Positions 23,426 to 37,224 of a DNA stretch of 64,000 bases are shown piece by piece (the stretch's first letter is position 1; every line of letters starts with the position of its first letter). Below the pieces are notes generated by a model. The model did no database searches. It was not told the DNA's origin and saw nothing but the letters and a program-made list of their open reading frames with translations. Origin of the DNA: Rhynchobatus australiae (taxonomy: Eukaryota); NCBI GenBank assembly GCA_034780895.1, contig JAUZTB010000076.1:22110912-22174911 (forward strand), given 5' to 3'. Made by a program: the position numbers and the translations under genes.

Positions 23426-26004
23426 CTTTGACCACCTGAGATGGATGAATACACTGAACGTCCTTCTTTGGAAATATGAGAAGAACAACACAGACTCAAA
23501 CAAATGGAAGGAGTTCTTGGTCCCTCACCTTTAATGGAGACAGCCTTTATTATACCTTAATATGGTTGCCCTTACTTCTACCAGTGTCTCCCTATAACAA
23601 ATCCACAAAATACTCATCAAATCCAGAATGAATCGCTTTTCAGAGGTGTGGATCAAAGTACTCACAATACTTCTATGCTATTGCTGATCAAAGCTGTAAG
23701 CTTCCTCATAAGATTTAATTGTTTTATATTTCAGCCATACCCATGAGTGTGATGGTAATAATAGGCATAGTCCTAGCAGCTTATCTAGCATTATGGTGCA
23801 AGTGCACTGGAAGTCTGACTTTGTACACCACAAATCTATATCTGGATCCAGGGTTACCACATCCTGTTCCACAAATGGTAAGTTAGCAATCTCAGCAAAG
23901 AATTGGAAGTCAAGCACCCCATATAGGGAGGGAGTCAATGCCATGGCAACCCTTGCAACTTTTTAGAGGTAACATACTCATCATTTTAGCCATTGAAGGT
24001 CCATTCAAAGGGAAAATCTTAACAAAGAAAACCCATAAAGCAATTCACAATTTTCTACATGCAATTACATTACTATTGGTTGCTCTCAAGTAGCAAATAT
24101 TGGAAATTATTTTCAAAGAATCTGGTGCTCTTATTAAAAATTTTCACCTTTAGAACCTGCTGTGTTGATTAAATGACAACAACAAAATGCAAACATTTGA
24201 GCTAATACTTTGTTAAATAATCCAAAGGGGCAAAATTCCCTATCCTGATCTATTTTTATAACTAAAATTACATGGCCTTCTTCTTTTTCTCAGTTGGGTT
24301 GTTCTTCTAAAGATGTCATTGGATTATTTGAGGACCTGGGATAAAGCTTAACATGATGTCACTGAGAAGAGGGAAAAGATAGAATCAGATTGTATATTGA
24401 GGAGTTTAAACAATGTAGAGTTGATGTGGGATGAATAGTTTTCCAAATCCCACTATCCATGGAGATCTCTGCCTCTTGCACACACTGGACCCACAAACAT
24501 ATTCTCTATGTTAATAGCCTCTAAAATGATAAAGGTTTTTAGTTGTCGATTTAGACCGAAGATTAGCCTAAAATTTTCTCATGCCACTGTCTCATGGAGA
24601 AACCATTTTTTCCTGAATTTATGGAGGATCATTGTCCCTGTCTCTGTGTTATCCAAAGATTTACTACACAAAGGCAGCAGTGTATTTTCCATTCTGTTTT
24701 CTGCAAGCAGGACGATGATGTAACTGATGACTTCTTTAAAAGTAACTTCTGGAAAAGAGACACTGCTGGGTCATTTTTATCCTGCTTTTTATTCCCTTTC
24801 ATATGTGGTGACTTTGTTTTTGGGCAGTTGGTTTGGGTTTAGAAAGACCAAGAGAAACCATGCTGAGCTTATCAAAGGGCAAGAACAAATATGTCCCATA
24901 ACCATTGGTGTGAACCAATAAATCTGATTCACTAAGAGACTGCTTCATTTGAACTTTTCAATATAAGAATGAGAAGACTAAAGGAAAGAAAAAAACATGT
25001 TAAATTTCATTGTTACCACTTTGTACAGATTTTCTACTTTGTTGCATGTATAAGGAACAGGCACTACTAAATCACGTCATAAATTTCCTACTTTCCCCTC
25101 CATCCATGACAAATTACACCTTCTCCAGATCACAAACTGGAATATCCCAACAGATGAATGTTAAAGTGAGTGGCTCAGGCATTGCAGCATAATGTTAGAG
25201 TATAATTTTGTTACAGGCATAAATTTGCATGGCCCTTTCAACTGCTATGGACGGAAAAAAGCACAGGATGTTCTTCCCACCTGGAGACAATCAGCCTTTA
25301 GAAGATACTGAAGACATTAGCAATTTTCTAGGAGTACTGAAAGAGACAATGAAACTGATGCCTGATTCTTAACATAGTTCGGCTGCTAGTAAATCTGTAG
25401 AAAAATACAGCCTTAGGACTTTGGATGCAGTTCACAGTAGGTGGTAGTTCTGCCTAAAGACTACAAATTTGGTTTAATTTAACCATGGCTCCAACTGTAA
25501 TGGTCCCATTGGATCCAGTTGTGTAAAGTTCAATAAATCTGTGAAAAACTGAAATTAATGTCAATTTACAGGATTCAGCAAAGTATTTCTCAAAATTTGA
25601 ATTGTTGCAATATTGTTACTTAATAAATACTGCTTGCCCAAAAACATAATTTTGTTGCTGCACAGTCTATAACAATGGCTTAGTTTCTTTTCAACTTGCT
25701 TTTGGTGACTTCTCTATGCTTTGAGATTAGTTTAAGTCGGTTGAGAAGTGGAATATTTTACTACAAGTTATTCCTGAGTCATGTGTAGTAGAGACCTGTG
25801 CTCTACATATGTGCTCTGCATACATGCATAGTATGCATGTGTAGTGCACATCATAATATGCGTGTGGGTGGATCGAGAGCAGGAAGTCACAGCATGCAGC
25901 TCAGGGAGATTTGTACACCATGGCTGCAAACAGTGATGTGAGGATCACCAATGAAGTTTCCATCACCTTAAGCATTGGTAATTTATGTTTCTCATACTAT
26001 TTCA

Positions 26005-26275
26005 TGGAGAGGAGGCCGTTCAGCCCATCTAGTCTCCGCCAGTTGACAGAACAATCCCATCAGTTCCATTCTCCCACACGTTTCTTGCAAGCTATTCTCC
26101 CTCAGATGCCTATCAACAGCCCCCAGTTCTCCTATCACACACCCACACTGGGGACAACATACATTAGCCAGTTAATCTACTAAAGAGCACACCTTTGGGG
26201 TGTGAGAAGAAACCAGAACATCTGAGGGGAATCCACAAAGGCACAGAGTGGATGTGCGAACTCCACATAGACAGG
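26005..26275 (-). mobile_element. V-SINE (HE1-like)
   Basis: ggaggccgttcagcccatc tail, gccagttaatctac...tttggggtgtgagaagaaaccagaacatctgagggg, aactccacatagacag. Confidence 0.8.
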
Positions 26276-28679
26276 GGAGGGGAGAAATGGAGGGTGGAGA
26301 GATGGTGAAGATTCACGCCCTGCCCAGCAGCCTCCAACTGATACAATTCCACAGGGGATGGAATTGTGTCCCAAATTTCCGGACCTGCCCTCAGGAGTTC
26401 TAAGTGATGTCCACTCCATTGGCCTGCTGGAATTATGGTCCTATATTGGTATTAAGCTGGCACCAGGCAAAACGTGCAAACAGAATAGAGACAGGTCCAA
26501 TGTAGATCTGGATAAATAATGTTCATCTGGGTAAGTAAATGAAGAAATAAATAACCCATATTAAAAAGAATTGACTTATTAAAAAGAATTTTGAATTTAT
26601 GGGATGATTCCAAAATCCAGCACCATGCATGCTTGCCCACCATTTCCTGAGCCATTCCCCCCTCTGACCACCATTCCCCATTTCCTGAGCTATTCTCCCT
26701 CTGAACACCTCACATTGCTCCTTTGACTACCATTACCCATTAGTAAGAGCATATTGCAGAATTACCTCTTTAACGTCACTGTGCAGATCCATCATTTCTG
26801 TTCAATAGCAAGGCACAATTATAAAAAAATAGTGACCATTTAGCCATCGTTGATCAATATTGCTAGAGCTGTATTTTCTAAGGCCTTTTGGACATAAAAT
26901 GCTGTGGTCAGAACACCTGGTTTAGTTCTGGGTAGCTAAACCCAAGGAAAGTATCCAGACCTTGGGAATGGTGCAAGGAAGGATCATGTTGTTCCTTTAT
27001 TTCCAGAGGATGGCATCAGCAGGCAAGTTTGGACAAAGTGAGAACCTCATAACTATGGAGGGAGTTGAATGGGATAGAAGGGCATGAAATCAGTGGAAAA
27101 GATTAATCCAAAGAAGTAAAGAAGCAATTTGATAAACAGACAAATACCAGGAAACATTTATTCTTAAAATGTGTAATTAATACCTAGAGGCCTAGATTCC
27201 TGAACATGAACAGCTACTTAGGCTAAGTCTCCTTCTTCTGTAGTTATCTCTGTGATCTTGATGTCAATCTCCAAAGATCCTCTCAATGGGTGACTCTAAA
27301 GGCAAAAATTTATACTTAGAACCATTCCTTTCAAGAGGCCAACAATCCTGAGAACCTACAAACTGCCAGTTATTGGTTCTCATTGTGAAGTTTCTAAGTC
27401 CAAATGTCTCTCCAAAAAAGCAATAAACTTAAGAGATGACTCGATTTATTTGCTGCTTTCCTCGGTAACTTCACCATTGGAACATTGCACAAATTACCAT
27501 TTCTTTTCTGGGCATGTCCTAACATATTTCACAAAGATTAAAAAGACTGTGGAACGTCTTTAATCTCATTTTGAATATTCTTTTAAGAAAGCAAACACAC
27601 TGCCAGCCCATATGCTCATGTAACTTTGTTGAAAGGAACAATAGAAATGCAACTGCCTGATTTTCTTTGGAACTGGTAGGAATTTTGAATTGTAAAATCA
27701 TAAAGCTGTTTTTTAATAAGCATTTAATCATTTTGTTACATGTAGTGCCTGATGAAAGTTACTTGCCCCTCTGACTCCCACCAATGTGTAATGGTTTCAG
27801 ACATGAACAGAATCTCCAAATCTTCACAGCGCATTATGTTTGAAAATTATTCTCATTCTTTAATAATCAGCCTCTGTAACAGCTGGCTCACCACCCTTCA
27901 AGCTCAGCTGGTGTGGTAGAAACAACAGTGGGTGCTACCGAGGAAATCAAGTCAAGCTGGAAGTGGTTAGGAACATGCAGCTGCAGTCTGTTTAACCCAG
28001 CTGACACTGAAGCTACTGGCCCTGGTGGAACAGGGGCTTGAAATTATCTACTTATTATGTATTGGCAGATTGCTGATGGGAAAAGCAGTCTCCATAGAAT
28101 GACATTCTCCTCACACTACCTCTTGAATTTCTAGAGTTATTGTATATCTCTGTTGCCACTTAGCAACTGGAGCAATGTCTTTGCTTACTAGTGAGAGGAA
28201 AAATAAATCTAATTCCAATATCTTTCAGGTTAACAGTCAATATGCTGCAATCAAGGGTATCTGTGGACCTGTATGTTCGTTAAACTGTTTGATTATAAAG
28301 CAAACTTTTTGATCATATCCTTCTGTTGAAGCAGTAATGGAATATGTTTGTTTTGTTAGCTGGTATTTGTATAATTGCATCACACTCTCTGTGGGCTAGT
28401 AAACCCTTAAAGTCAATACTAGGGTTCTCATTTATCTAATTTCACAGCCTGTGTCTTGGCATTGCAATATTCACATCTGGACATTTAAAGCTCCTGTTCG
28501 AATCACCAGGTCATTGTAATTGAAGATCACTGCCTCACTCATGCCAGCCATATTATGTGCCTTGCTAGATTCATTACACACAACAGATTATATACTTTTA
28601 CAAACATATGCCATCTTTTACCGCACAATACCCTTGATAGAGCAATAGTGCTCCATATACAGTATTCAGCGTGTACTAA

Positions 28680-29142
28680 GTTTGTGTGTGCTTGTGTGTG
28701 TTTGTGTGATTATGCGTATACATGTGGTAGTTTCTATCTGTGTGTCTATGTATCTGTGTGTGTGATTGTGACTGTGAGTGCCTGCCTGTATTTGTGCACA
28801 TATGTCTATGTGTATGCATGTGTGTTGTGTGTTCCCATGTTTATATACAGGTGTTTTTGTGTGTTTATGTGATGTATGTATGCTTTCAAGTGTGTGTGTT
28901 TTGTGAATGTGACTGCATCTGTGACTCTGTATGTGTGTGTCTGTATTTATGTGTGTCTGTGTCTATGCCTGTGCATTTGTGTCTGTGTGTACATGAAGAA
29001 TTTTGTGTGTGTGTGTGGTGTGTAGATGGTGTGTGTGTGTGTGTAATGTCTGTATGTATGTGAGTATGCTTGTGTGTGTGTGCCTCTGTCTGTGTCTGTT
29101 CATGTGTGTGTGTGCGCACGCAGATGAAGAATGTGTGTGTGC
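28680..29142. repeat. Degenerate (TG)-rich low-complexity tract
   Basis: Imperfect TG repeats; explains the C/V- and H/T-rich ORFs at 28555-29205. Confidence 0.95.
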
Positions 29143-29144
29143 AC

Positions 29145-29285
29145 TAAGACCATAAGACCTAGGATCAGAATTAGGCCATTTGGCCCATCGAGTCTGCTCT
29201 GCCATTTGATCATAGCTGATTTATTATTCCCTCTCAACCCCATTCTCCTGCCTTCTCCCCATAACCTTTGATGCCCTTACTAAGA
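29145..29285 (-). mobile_element. CR1 LINE 3' terminus
   Basis: taagaccataagacctaggatcagaattaggccatttggcccatcgagtctgctctgccatt...ccttctccccataacc. Confidence 0.88.
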
Positions 29286-32200
29286 TCGGTATAAGACTCT
29301 GGGCAAGCTTGTTTTGACACATATTTGTCTCAATACTAATCTGCAGATAACTTCTGTGCCAAGGTTGGGGAATGGACTTGTGTTATGGAAATCTGGAAGC
29401 CGAATAAATGGATTTGACTCAGCAATTGTTAGTCAATTAACCCAATTAATTCTGATTTCAAATTTCACAGCTCCATGGTACGCAAGGTTGTGATACTCAC
29501 GTGAGGCAATCAAAACTACATTGGAGGTGTTCAGGTGGATACAGAGCAAGGCACCACTCTGATTTATTATTGTGTCACTAGAATTACTGCCAGCTGCACA
29601 GGAACAGTTTGAGCAAAGACCAAATTGAGAGACCGTAGGCCAAAAGCATCCCAGTAATCAGTTGGACATCTCAGTGGCCTGACTCTATCTCTTCTGAAGC
29701 CACACAAGGTATGACGGGAAATTTAAGAAATTGTAATTTACTGAACAGTATATTACCATCGATTAACGCAACTGCCACTATTGCTTCCCAAAGGCTGGTT
29801 TGCGTGTTTCCAGATGTATGTCAGCAAAATGGATAGATAGTGATTGAAGGACTGAAGTCAAATGTGAAGTCACAGACTGGCATATGGCATATTTCCCTTT
29901 CTATGTGATGTTAGTGAACTGGACAGGTTCTAATCTGTATTCCCTTGAGTATGAAATGTCATGTACTACAGAAAATCAAATAAAGGGATGAATAATTTCT
30001 TAAACCTCATCTCTGGAGGTTAGCATTGAACTACTCACTAAATTTCAATTCAGAATTCTATTCCTGTCATTGTATTGGAAAATGCAGGCTGCCTCAATCA
30101 CAGACTAAGATACTAACCAAAACACTGAAAGAAACATTTGAGGTCACCTCAGCTGTCACAAGGATGTGACTTGTCATTTCTTTTGAGGGCCATAACTTAA
30201 CCATTCTGATCTGCTTAGGACATATCCTTGACCCTCCTGCCTTTGCTAAATGTTGACAAGTTAGGAATTACAAAGTACAAATAATTCACTCCGTTGCAAA
30301 CCTTAGGCAGACTCACATTGGCAAATCATGCAAGTGCCATTATGTTTTTGCATTGTGGCAAACCTCCCTTTGTTTTTTTTTTCCTTCTCCATTCTAGGGA
30401 TGTGGTAGTCACTGGCATGGGTGGCATTTATTGCCAATCCACAGGTCACCGTAACAAGGTGATTGTAGGCCTGTCTGAACTGCTTGCATAATGATTGATA
30501 TGTCTGGGTAGTTTGCTGGACTGCTAGTTGCAAGTCATAGTTCAAGGGCCAATTAGGATGGATAATAAGCCCTGAAAGAATCAAAAGTTCTCTAGGTGGG
30601 ACCAGGGAGGGTTTAACAATAGACAGCAGCAGCTTAGGATAGTCTGTTCTGGTATCTTTTCTCAGCTGTAGAGTAGACCTTCCATTGCCCTGCAGCTCAG
30701 TTTGCTCTCTAAACTGCAGGGTAGCTGACAGGATGGAATGGAAGTCCTAATATATTCTGATATTGGTCCCCAGAGCCGTGTTTGTCTCAGTGAACATGCC
30801 TCCTGTATGTGAGCAGATCCCAGATGCATTGTCACTTGAACTGTTCGCACAGTGTGTAGGTGATCAAGGAGTATCAATATCAGGTTTGACAACCACACAC
30901 ATTCTGGCTGTGGGCTCTTCCACACTCCGCTACAGGCTGTGAAGCTTCTTAGAAGGCCATGCAAGTAAGTTAGTAATCCTTGCTGTTCTAAAACCAGTTG
31001 TATAAATAAGAAAGCTGGAATCATATCTCACAAACAATGAATTTAAGTTAACAATTCTCCACTAAATACTGGACTGAATGTTATAAATATTGAATGAGCA
31101 GCTTTCAGACTAACACAATTTTTAGGGAGTATTGCCCATCAACCATTCGGGGCAGGTGATTACACTTACTGTAAATTTCTACCAATTAACTGCTCAGGAA
31201 ATGCTGAACACCATGTCTACAATCTAGCTGGTATCCCCTAGTAGAGCATATTTGGGTAATTAGCCCTTAATTTCTTGTCGAAAGGTTTTTCATCAACAAA
31301 TGAAACCACAGAACATACTGAGATATGGAGAGAAACACTGTCATTGAGTTCAAGGATTGCTTGTGATTCTGGGAATAAAGCACTCATTTCACTTTTTATN
31401 NNNNNNNNNGTGACTCACAGTACTGGCAGAACACTTAAATATCTTATAATGAATACAGATGGTCATTCTATCGGGCTGATTTTTATGCCTCTACATTACT
31501 TCTAAAACTGATTACAGTACAGAGTCAGCAGAGCAGGCTAGGAGTTTGTGCGTAATGCACATTTTACATTTTCTTTGTTTTTTAATTTCTGAGTCTCTGG
31601 GAAATCAGAGAATATGGAAAATGGACAATTACATTAGTGCCCTGGTCATGCAACACATGATCATCCCGTACTTTGTTGCTGTTCGGTAAGTGTAAATTCA
31701 AAGAGTCCCACTGTGTTACTCAGCTGCGGAAGGTTGAGTAAAGTCTTGAGCTTGACCCCTAGCATCTTGCATTAGCAATCAGAAGCAGGAACTCTCAATG
31801 GATTCTCTTCTTCCTAGCTTGTAGGACTGAACTCAGCTGTAGTTTCATTATTGTTCCAGCTGAGGCCCATTAATGCAACAGAGATGAAGGCAGTCCATTC
31901 ACCTACTAAACCATCAGGAAGCCAGTTTATATATTTTTTTAAATGTTTGCCGCCTCTCTTTAGTGAATTTCATGCAGTGCAGCCTTCGACTGAGAGTGTG
32001 ACCAAACAAGCAGTCCTTTGGCAAAGATTGACCTGGGCCTCCAGGAAGTGCACAGAAGTAGGGAACAACATCTGGGTCCAGATGTGACAGTACAAGACCC
32101 CAGGGTGAGCAGGAATTTAAATTTGATTATTCCTAGAGGGTCACGTTAAAGAAACACATATTATGCATATAGCATAGAGGCACACGTCCTTAACGATTAT

Positions 32201-33879
32201 TGCGGATGGCAGGGCAGAGCATGCCCCTGTGCACAGCTTGCACATTAACAATGCACACCAAGCTGAGAGACTTAAGGGCAATGGAAACTGGTGCTCAAGC
32301 CTCATCAGAACATTCAGGGTGAGCTGTCAGTGAAGCAAAAACATCAATATCAGGCTAACTATCTTGATGATCTTCCTGAAACTAAAGCAATATTCCTTTA
32401 AAAGAAAAGGATAAACTTAGCCAGCTGAAGAACCATGTGTGGNNNNNNNNNNNNNNNNNNNNNNNNNNNNNNNNNNNNNNNNNNNNNNNNNNNNNNNNNN
32501 NNNNNNNNNNNNNNNNNNNNNNNNNNNNNNNNNNNNNNNNNNNNNNATACTTTGAGAAGCACTGGCTATAAAGCACTTTGGGGCACCCTGTGATTGTGCA
32601 GGTACTTTGATTCCATTTTCATTACAGAAGCCCTGGCCCATGGTAGGTTCTTCCCGCAACCCCTCACAATGTAGCCACTTGAGTGCATCAATAGGGCCAA
32701 TGCCTCTGCGCTTGGTTCAGACAACCCCACTGCTTTACTGGCACGCTTTCAACCTATTTGATGAACAGGCATGATATATATCAATTTGCACTGCATTGAC
32801 TGTTACACTGCTTTTGCTTGCCTTACTATAAAGAGATATTTGCTTAGAATTCTATGGCCCAAAGTCATGCTGCACAGCATTAATAACTATTAGAGTTACT
32901 AGTTGGGTTATGTACGGTTCAGTGGCACAACACATTGTTGTACTACTTCAGTCTAGGTTCCATGTGTTTATATTCATTACAGCATGGGAGATGTGATTTT
33001 ATTTAACTTTGAAGTGAAAACACGTTCATCTGAAGGACAAAAGTAATAAAATTCTGCAGGAAGTAAGTGAATAATGAAAAACGCAAAACTAATAGAACAT
33101 GTCAACAATTATGCCAAAGAGTAAGCTAAGCAGATGACTCTGAAAATGTCTATCTGCCAACAGTAACATTCCTTGGCTTAAATGCTGTAGGAAAACAAGT
33201 GCCTCCCATTTCACCTCACCATCCAGTTAGCTCAGTATTGATGTGCTAGACTTTCCACCCACTGACTGTGAGCGGTTGGAAATCCAGTCTGACGTGCCAA
33301 GAAAAAGTCCCAAATTTTACTTCATTGCTGCTAAAGGGTGAATTTTGTATCAGGAATATCAGTGTGAGGAAATGGAACATTCTATGTCTAAACAGTCCCA
33401 GAGAAAACTAATTAAATTCACAATATTATGCCTAAAGTTTCAGAGGGCATTTCCATTCCAGTCTGCATCCTTAATCTCTGTCAACTGGGATGTTATCAAA
33501 TGGTGTAACATGCTTGGAAGGCTGCAAGTGACCTACCCCAGTTCTATTTTGCTTTCCCTTGCAGCTCCACTGAAGTACGGGCAGCCTTGTTTTGCAGATA
33601 AAAGCTGGGACCGAACCGTGCCAATTTATCACCACCATTGTGGTTTTTTATTCCATATCTTCCAGTGAGAAAACAGCAACTCATGCTAATGTTCTCCATG
33701 TGCGTTAAGAGAAGTGGTATGGTAGTGAGAAAACAGATGACTGGATGAAGCTCCACGTCCACACTGTACAGACTTTCTGTCAGCGGTTTAGTTTTTGGTT
33801 ACACAAGTTATGAGTACTTAGAGCAGGATTAAATAAAATGTTAATTATTATTTAGAATCCTTAGATGGCACTTTAGCTG

Positions 33880-33990
33880 GCAATGGAAACCTGAATTAAA
33901 AACAGAAAATGATGAGAATACTCAGCAGGCCAGGCAACCTCTGTTTACAGAGAAACAGAGTTAATGTTTCAGGTCCACAACCCTTCATCC
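33880..33990 (-). mobile_element. Penelope-like terminal repeat fragment
   Basis: aatactcagcaggccaggcaacctctg...agagaaacagagttaatgtttcaggtccacaacccttcatc. Confidence 0.8.
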
Positions 33991-34059
33991 TGATCTAAGA
34001 TCTTTTGGTTACTTGTCTGATGGCCACATGTTATATGTAGTGGCTGCCCAAGTCACAAC

Positions 34060-35340
34060 CACCCTCAGCGTTCTCCTATCTAGAGCTGTCCAGGGGTCTG
34101 CTGAAGATGCAACAAAGATCTTGTAGTCATCAATGCAGGTACTGATGCCTTATCTTCCAGAGCAGCAATGCTAACTCTAGTCAGAATGATCCACTGCCTA
34201 GGATTATTTCTCTGGTCAGCATTGCATGGGTGGAGGGCTATATTAAAGGCAAGTCCCAGTAAAGCCCTGTCTACACATGGTTGATTGGCACTTTTGATGG
34301 TCCTTGCCAATGGCTACTCTATTTAGGATGAAGACATCAACGCAAAGGCCTGTGACAACAGCCCACTCCTTCTTGAGACAGACTCCCCCAGTCTCTCTGG
34401 GAGTATGCACAGCTTGCTGAAAATCACATGATCTTTACTGCTGCTCTACAATTATCCTAGATGTACAGCATCTGCATCCAGTGGACCATTCAGTATTGTC
34501 TGACACAGATGCTCTATTGTAGCTCCTCGCTCTTCCTGATGTGTGAACCACCAGGTGAACTATCTGCCTTACTGCTTCCACCCACATCTTTGTGCAATGT
34601 CATAGCCATCCCTAGTTTAGTGTTGCTTCCTCTTATTTCATGTTCTCTTCTTCTGCAAGGAGGGATAGAAGAGACCCAGGGGTGTGAGCAATGGCATGTG
34701 ATGAACGGATAGTTGAGGGTGACTGGGGAAGCAAGGTATGACAGAGCACAGAAATGAGGACGAGCATCAGTGATCATAGGTGGATGTAGACATGAGCAGG
34801 TGCATGGAGAGAGAAGGATGGGATGACTTGCAAAGTGAACTGTATGAGGAATGACATGCCAGAACAGGCTTGAGATGTGTGAGTGAGAGAGCTGGGGTGA
34901 CGCACACATCAGGATGTAGTTAGCCACTGTGCTCTCCTTTCCTGCTCTGCTTACATCGTTAAACACTTTCACCATTAAATCAATAAATGCATTGCCATCC
35001 TCCTGCTGCTGACCTCACTGGCAACCTCCTGCCACAGCTTCTTTGTTTTACTGCCAAGTTTTCCTGGGTGTCCTTACGTATTCCTACATCATCACTAAAG
35101 TGTGCAGACGTTGAATATTCAGATTTTATTCTGCCAAATCCTTTAGCTGTAATCCAAAATCCAGCAAATTGAATGCTGGGAGTGTCCTTTAAATTGCTTC
35201 ATGTAGTCACTTGCTAATTGGTCAAAAGGGAATGCAGTAGCTAAGGTAGCAAGGCGCTGACATTCAGGTTACACCCACTTCTGGATTTTCTTCACACCTA
35301 CCCCTTGCTTTCAACACACCAGGAGCTTAACGTCCAGCCT
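34060..35340 (-). mobile_element. Harbinger relic with decayed Myb/SANT-like DNA-binding gene
   Basis: Minus strand gives AHFSDD, KKLWQEVASEVSSRR and KVFNDVSRAGK, resembling the Harbinger Myb motifs PRFSD / W.EVA..V / KFNDL; TIR-like ggctggacgttaag at the right end. Left boundary uncertain. Confidence 0.7.
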
Positions 35341-36049
35341 TTGAACTCTGTGTTCTGTTATTAATAAGAAAAGTCCAACTACTATTGCAGCAAAATAATG
35401 CATTATGTTTCCTGCAAAATTTTCATGCATAATTCAAGTATCCAGAACATTAGTTGCTAAACTTGGCTAGATTATGTTGGAAATAAAATCTGTCCTGGCT
35501 GTAATACAGTTTTGTACCATGGTTATTCTATTTTGGTAAATATCATTCATTGCAAGTATGGTTCAGATGACTGACTGATCTTTCTACCATGCAGAGCAGA
35601 GATCATAGCCTAAGTATAATTGAAGTTGTACAGAAGCTTGAATATGTCACTTCTAATTTAATGGCCTTCCTTTGCTTTCTCCAGTTCAACCTTATTCCCT
35701 CTCAAAACACTCTCAGTTTCCCTTACTGCTGGTGTAAAAACAAGAGAGGTAAGCCCTCTCTTGTCTAGGTCTTCTGTAACTGATGGCAGTACACTGTTTT
35801 CTGACTGTGAAAGAGTCTAGGAAGGTATCAGACCTCAGTTATTTTCTCAAAATTTAACATGGAAGGAATCAAGAAGAGGGGCACAGAAATATGTCGGATA
35901 AGAAAAGCTGCAGTGTGGTATCACAAGACAGCAAGTAGATGATAGGTTGGAATTTCTCCCCAGTCTCTTCTGAATGGCTAACTGATTTAAATCAGGGAAC
36001 ATTAGTACAACTGAGGAGTAACATGTTTAAATCAATTAAATCTAAACTA

Positions 36050-37010
36050 ATTAATTAAACAGAACAAAGGTGGTCAGGCTGGCGATGAGCTGCAGCTGAA
36101 ACGCAGGGGAACAAGTGGATCATATTGTGGATTACGTTGGCTATATGTACGGCAAATTTTGGCAGTTTGAGGAAATTTGACTCAGTGTTGATGAGCTGGA
36201 GTCTGAGCTTCAGATACTGTGGCACATCAAGGAGAGAGGTTACAAATGAGTGGCATATGGGTGAAGCATGGAGTGCAAAATGTTAGCACATTGGTGTAGC
36301 AAGTAATTAAGAAAGCAACTACATATCAGCCTTTATTTCAAGGGAGTTGAAATTAGAGTATTGTTACAGTTGTACAGGGTGTTGGTGAGGCTATGCAGTA
36401 GTTTTGGGCCCTTTATTTGATAAGTATGCACTAGTATTGGAGACAAGCTAGAAAAGATTCACTCAACTAATTCCTCAAATGAGAGGGTTGTCTCATCAGA
36501 AATGGCTAATAACAGTTACAGTAGTATTCTTTGGAGTTTAAAAGAATGAGGGGTGATCTTATTGAAACATAAGATACGAATGAGGCATGAAGGGTAGATG
36601 TTGATGTTTCCACTGGTGGCGAGTCTCAAATGAAGGGACAGTTACAAGATAAGGGGACATTGTTTAAAACAGACCTGCATCAGAATTTCTTCTCACAGAG
36701 AGTAATGAACCNNNNNNNNNNNNNNNNNNNNNNNNNNNNNNNNNNNNNNNNNNNNNNNNNNNNNNNNNNNNNNNNNNNNNNNNNNNNNNNNNNNNNNNNN
36801 NNNNNNNNNNNACCTCTGGGGCTGTCGAGCTGGATATTTGAAAATATTTATAGAGATGGTAGGTCCAGTTTTGAAAGATGGAGGATCTGAGGGCCATGGG
36901 GAGCTGGCACAGAAAAGGAGTTGAGATCTGGAGCAGATAAGCCATAATTATATTAAGTGGCAGGGAAGGCTTAAGGGTCAAATGGCCTACTCCTGCTCTT
37001 ATTCTTTTGT
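36050..37010 (+). mobile_element. Decayed CR1 LINE fragments ending in a 3' tail
   Basis: gatgagctggagtctgagcttc, gtaattaagaaagc, ttggagtttaaaagaatgaggggtgatcttattgaaaca, tttcttctcacagagagt, aaatggcctactcctgctctta. Confidence 0.85.
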
Positions 37011-37224
37011 GTGTATTCTTGTGTGTAAAGGCAATTAGGAATGAATGGCTAGATGCCCTTTGGAAGGTCATTGGGCAGATAGATAACAGTTGGACAGTTG
37101 GCTGGAAGAGGAAGGTCTACAGGACATAAAAGCGTTGTCTGAGCCCTCGAAGGTATAAGTAGCTCTGGATTTAGAACAGTAAAGCTAGGGGATAAGAATC
37201 AGTCTCAAAAAAGACTAAAACAAA

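Noticed and set aside
34514-34975. 153 aa ORF as a possible gene
   Set aside because: Its start is the tail of a frameshifted Harbinger Myb relic; the rest is non-coding-like read-through.
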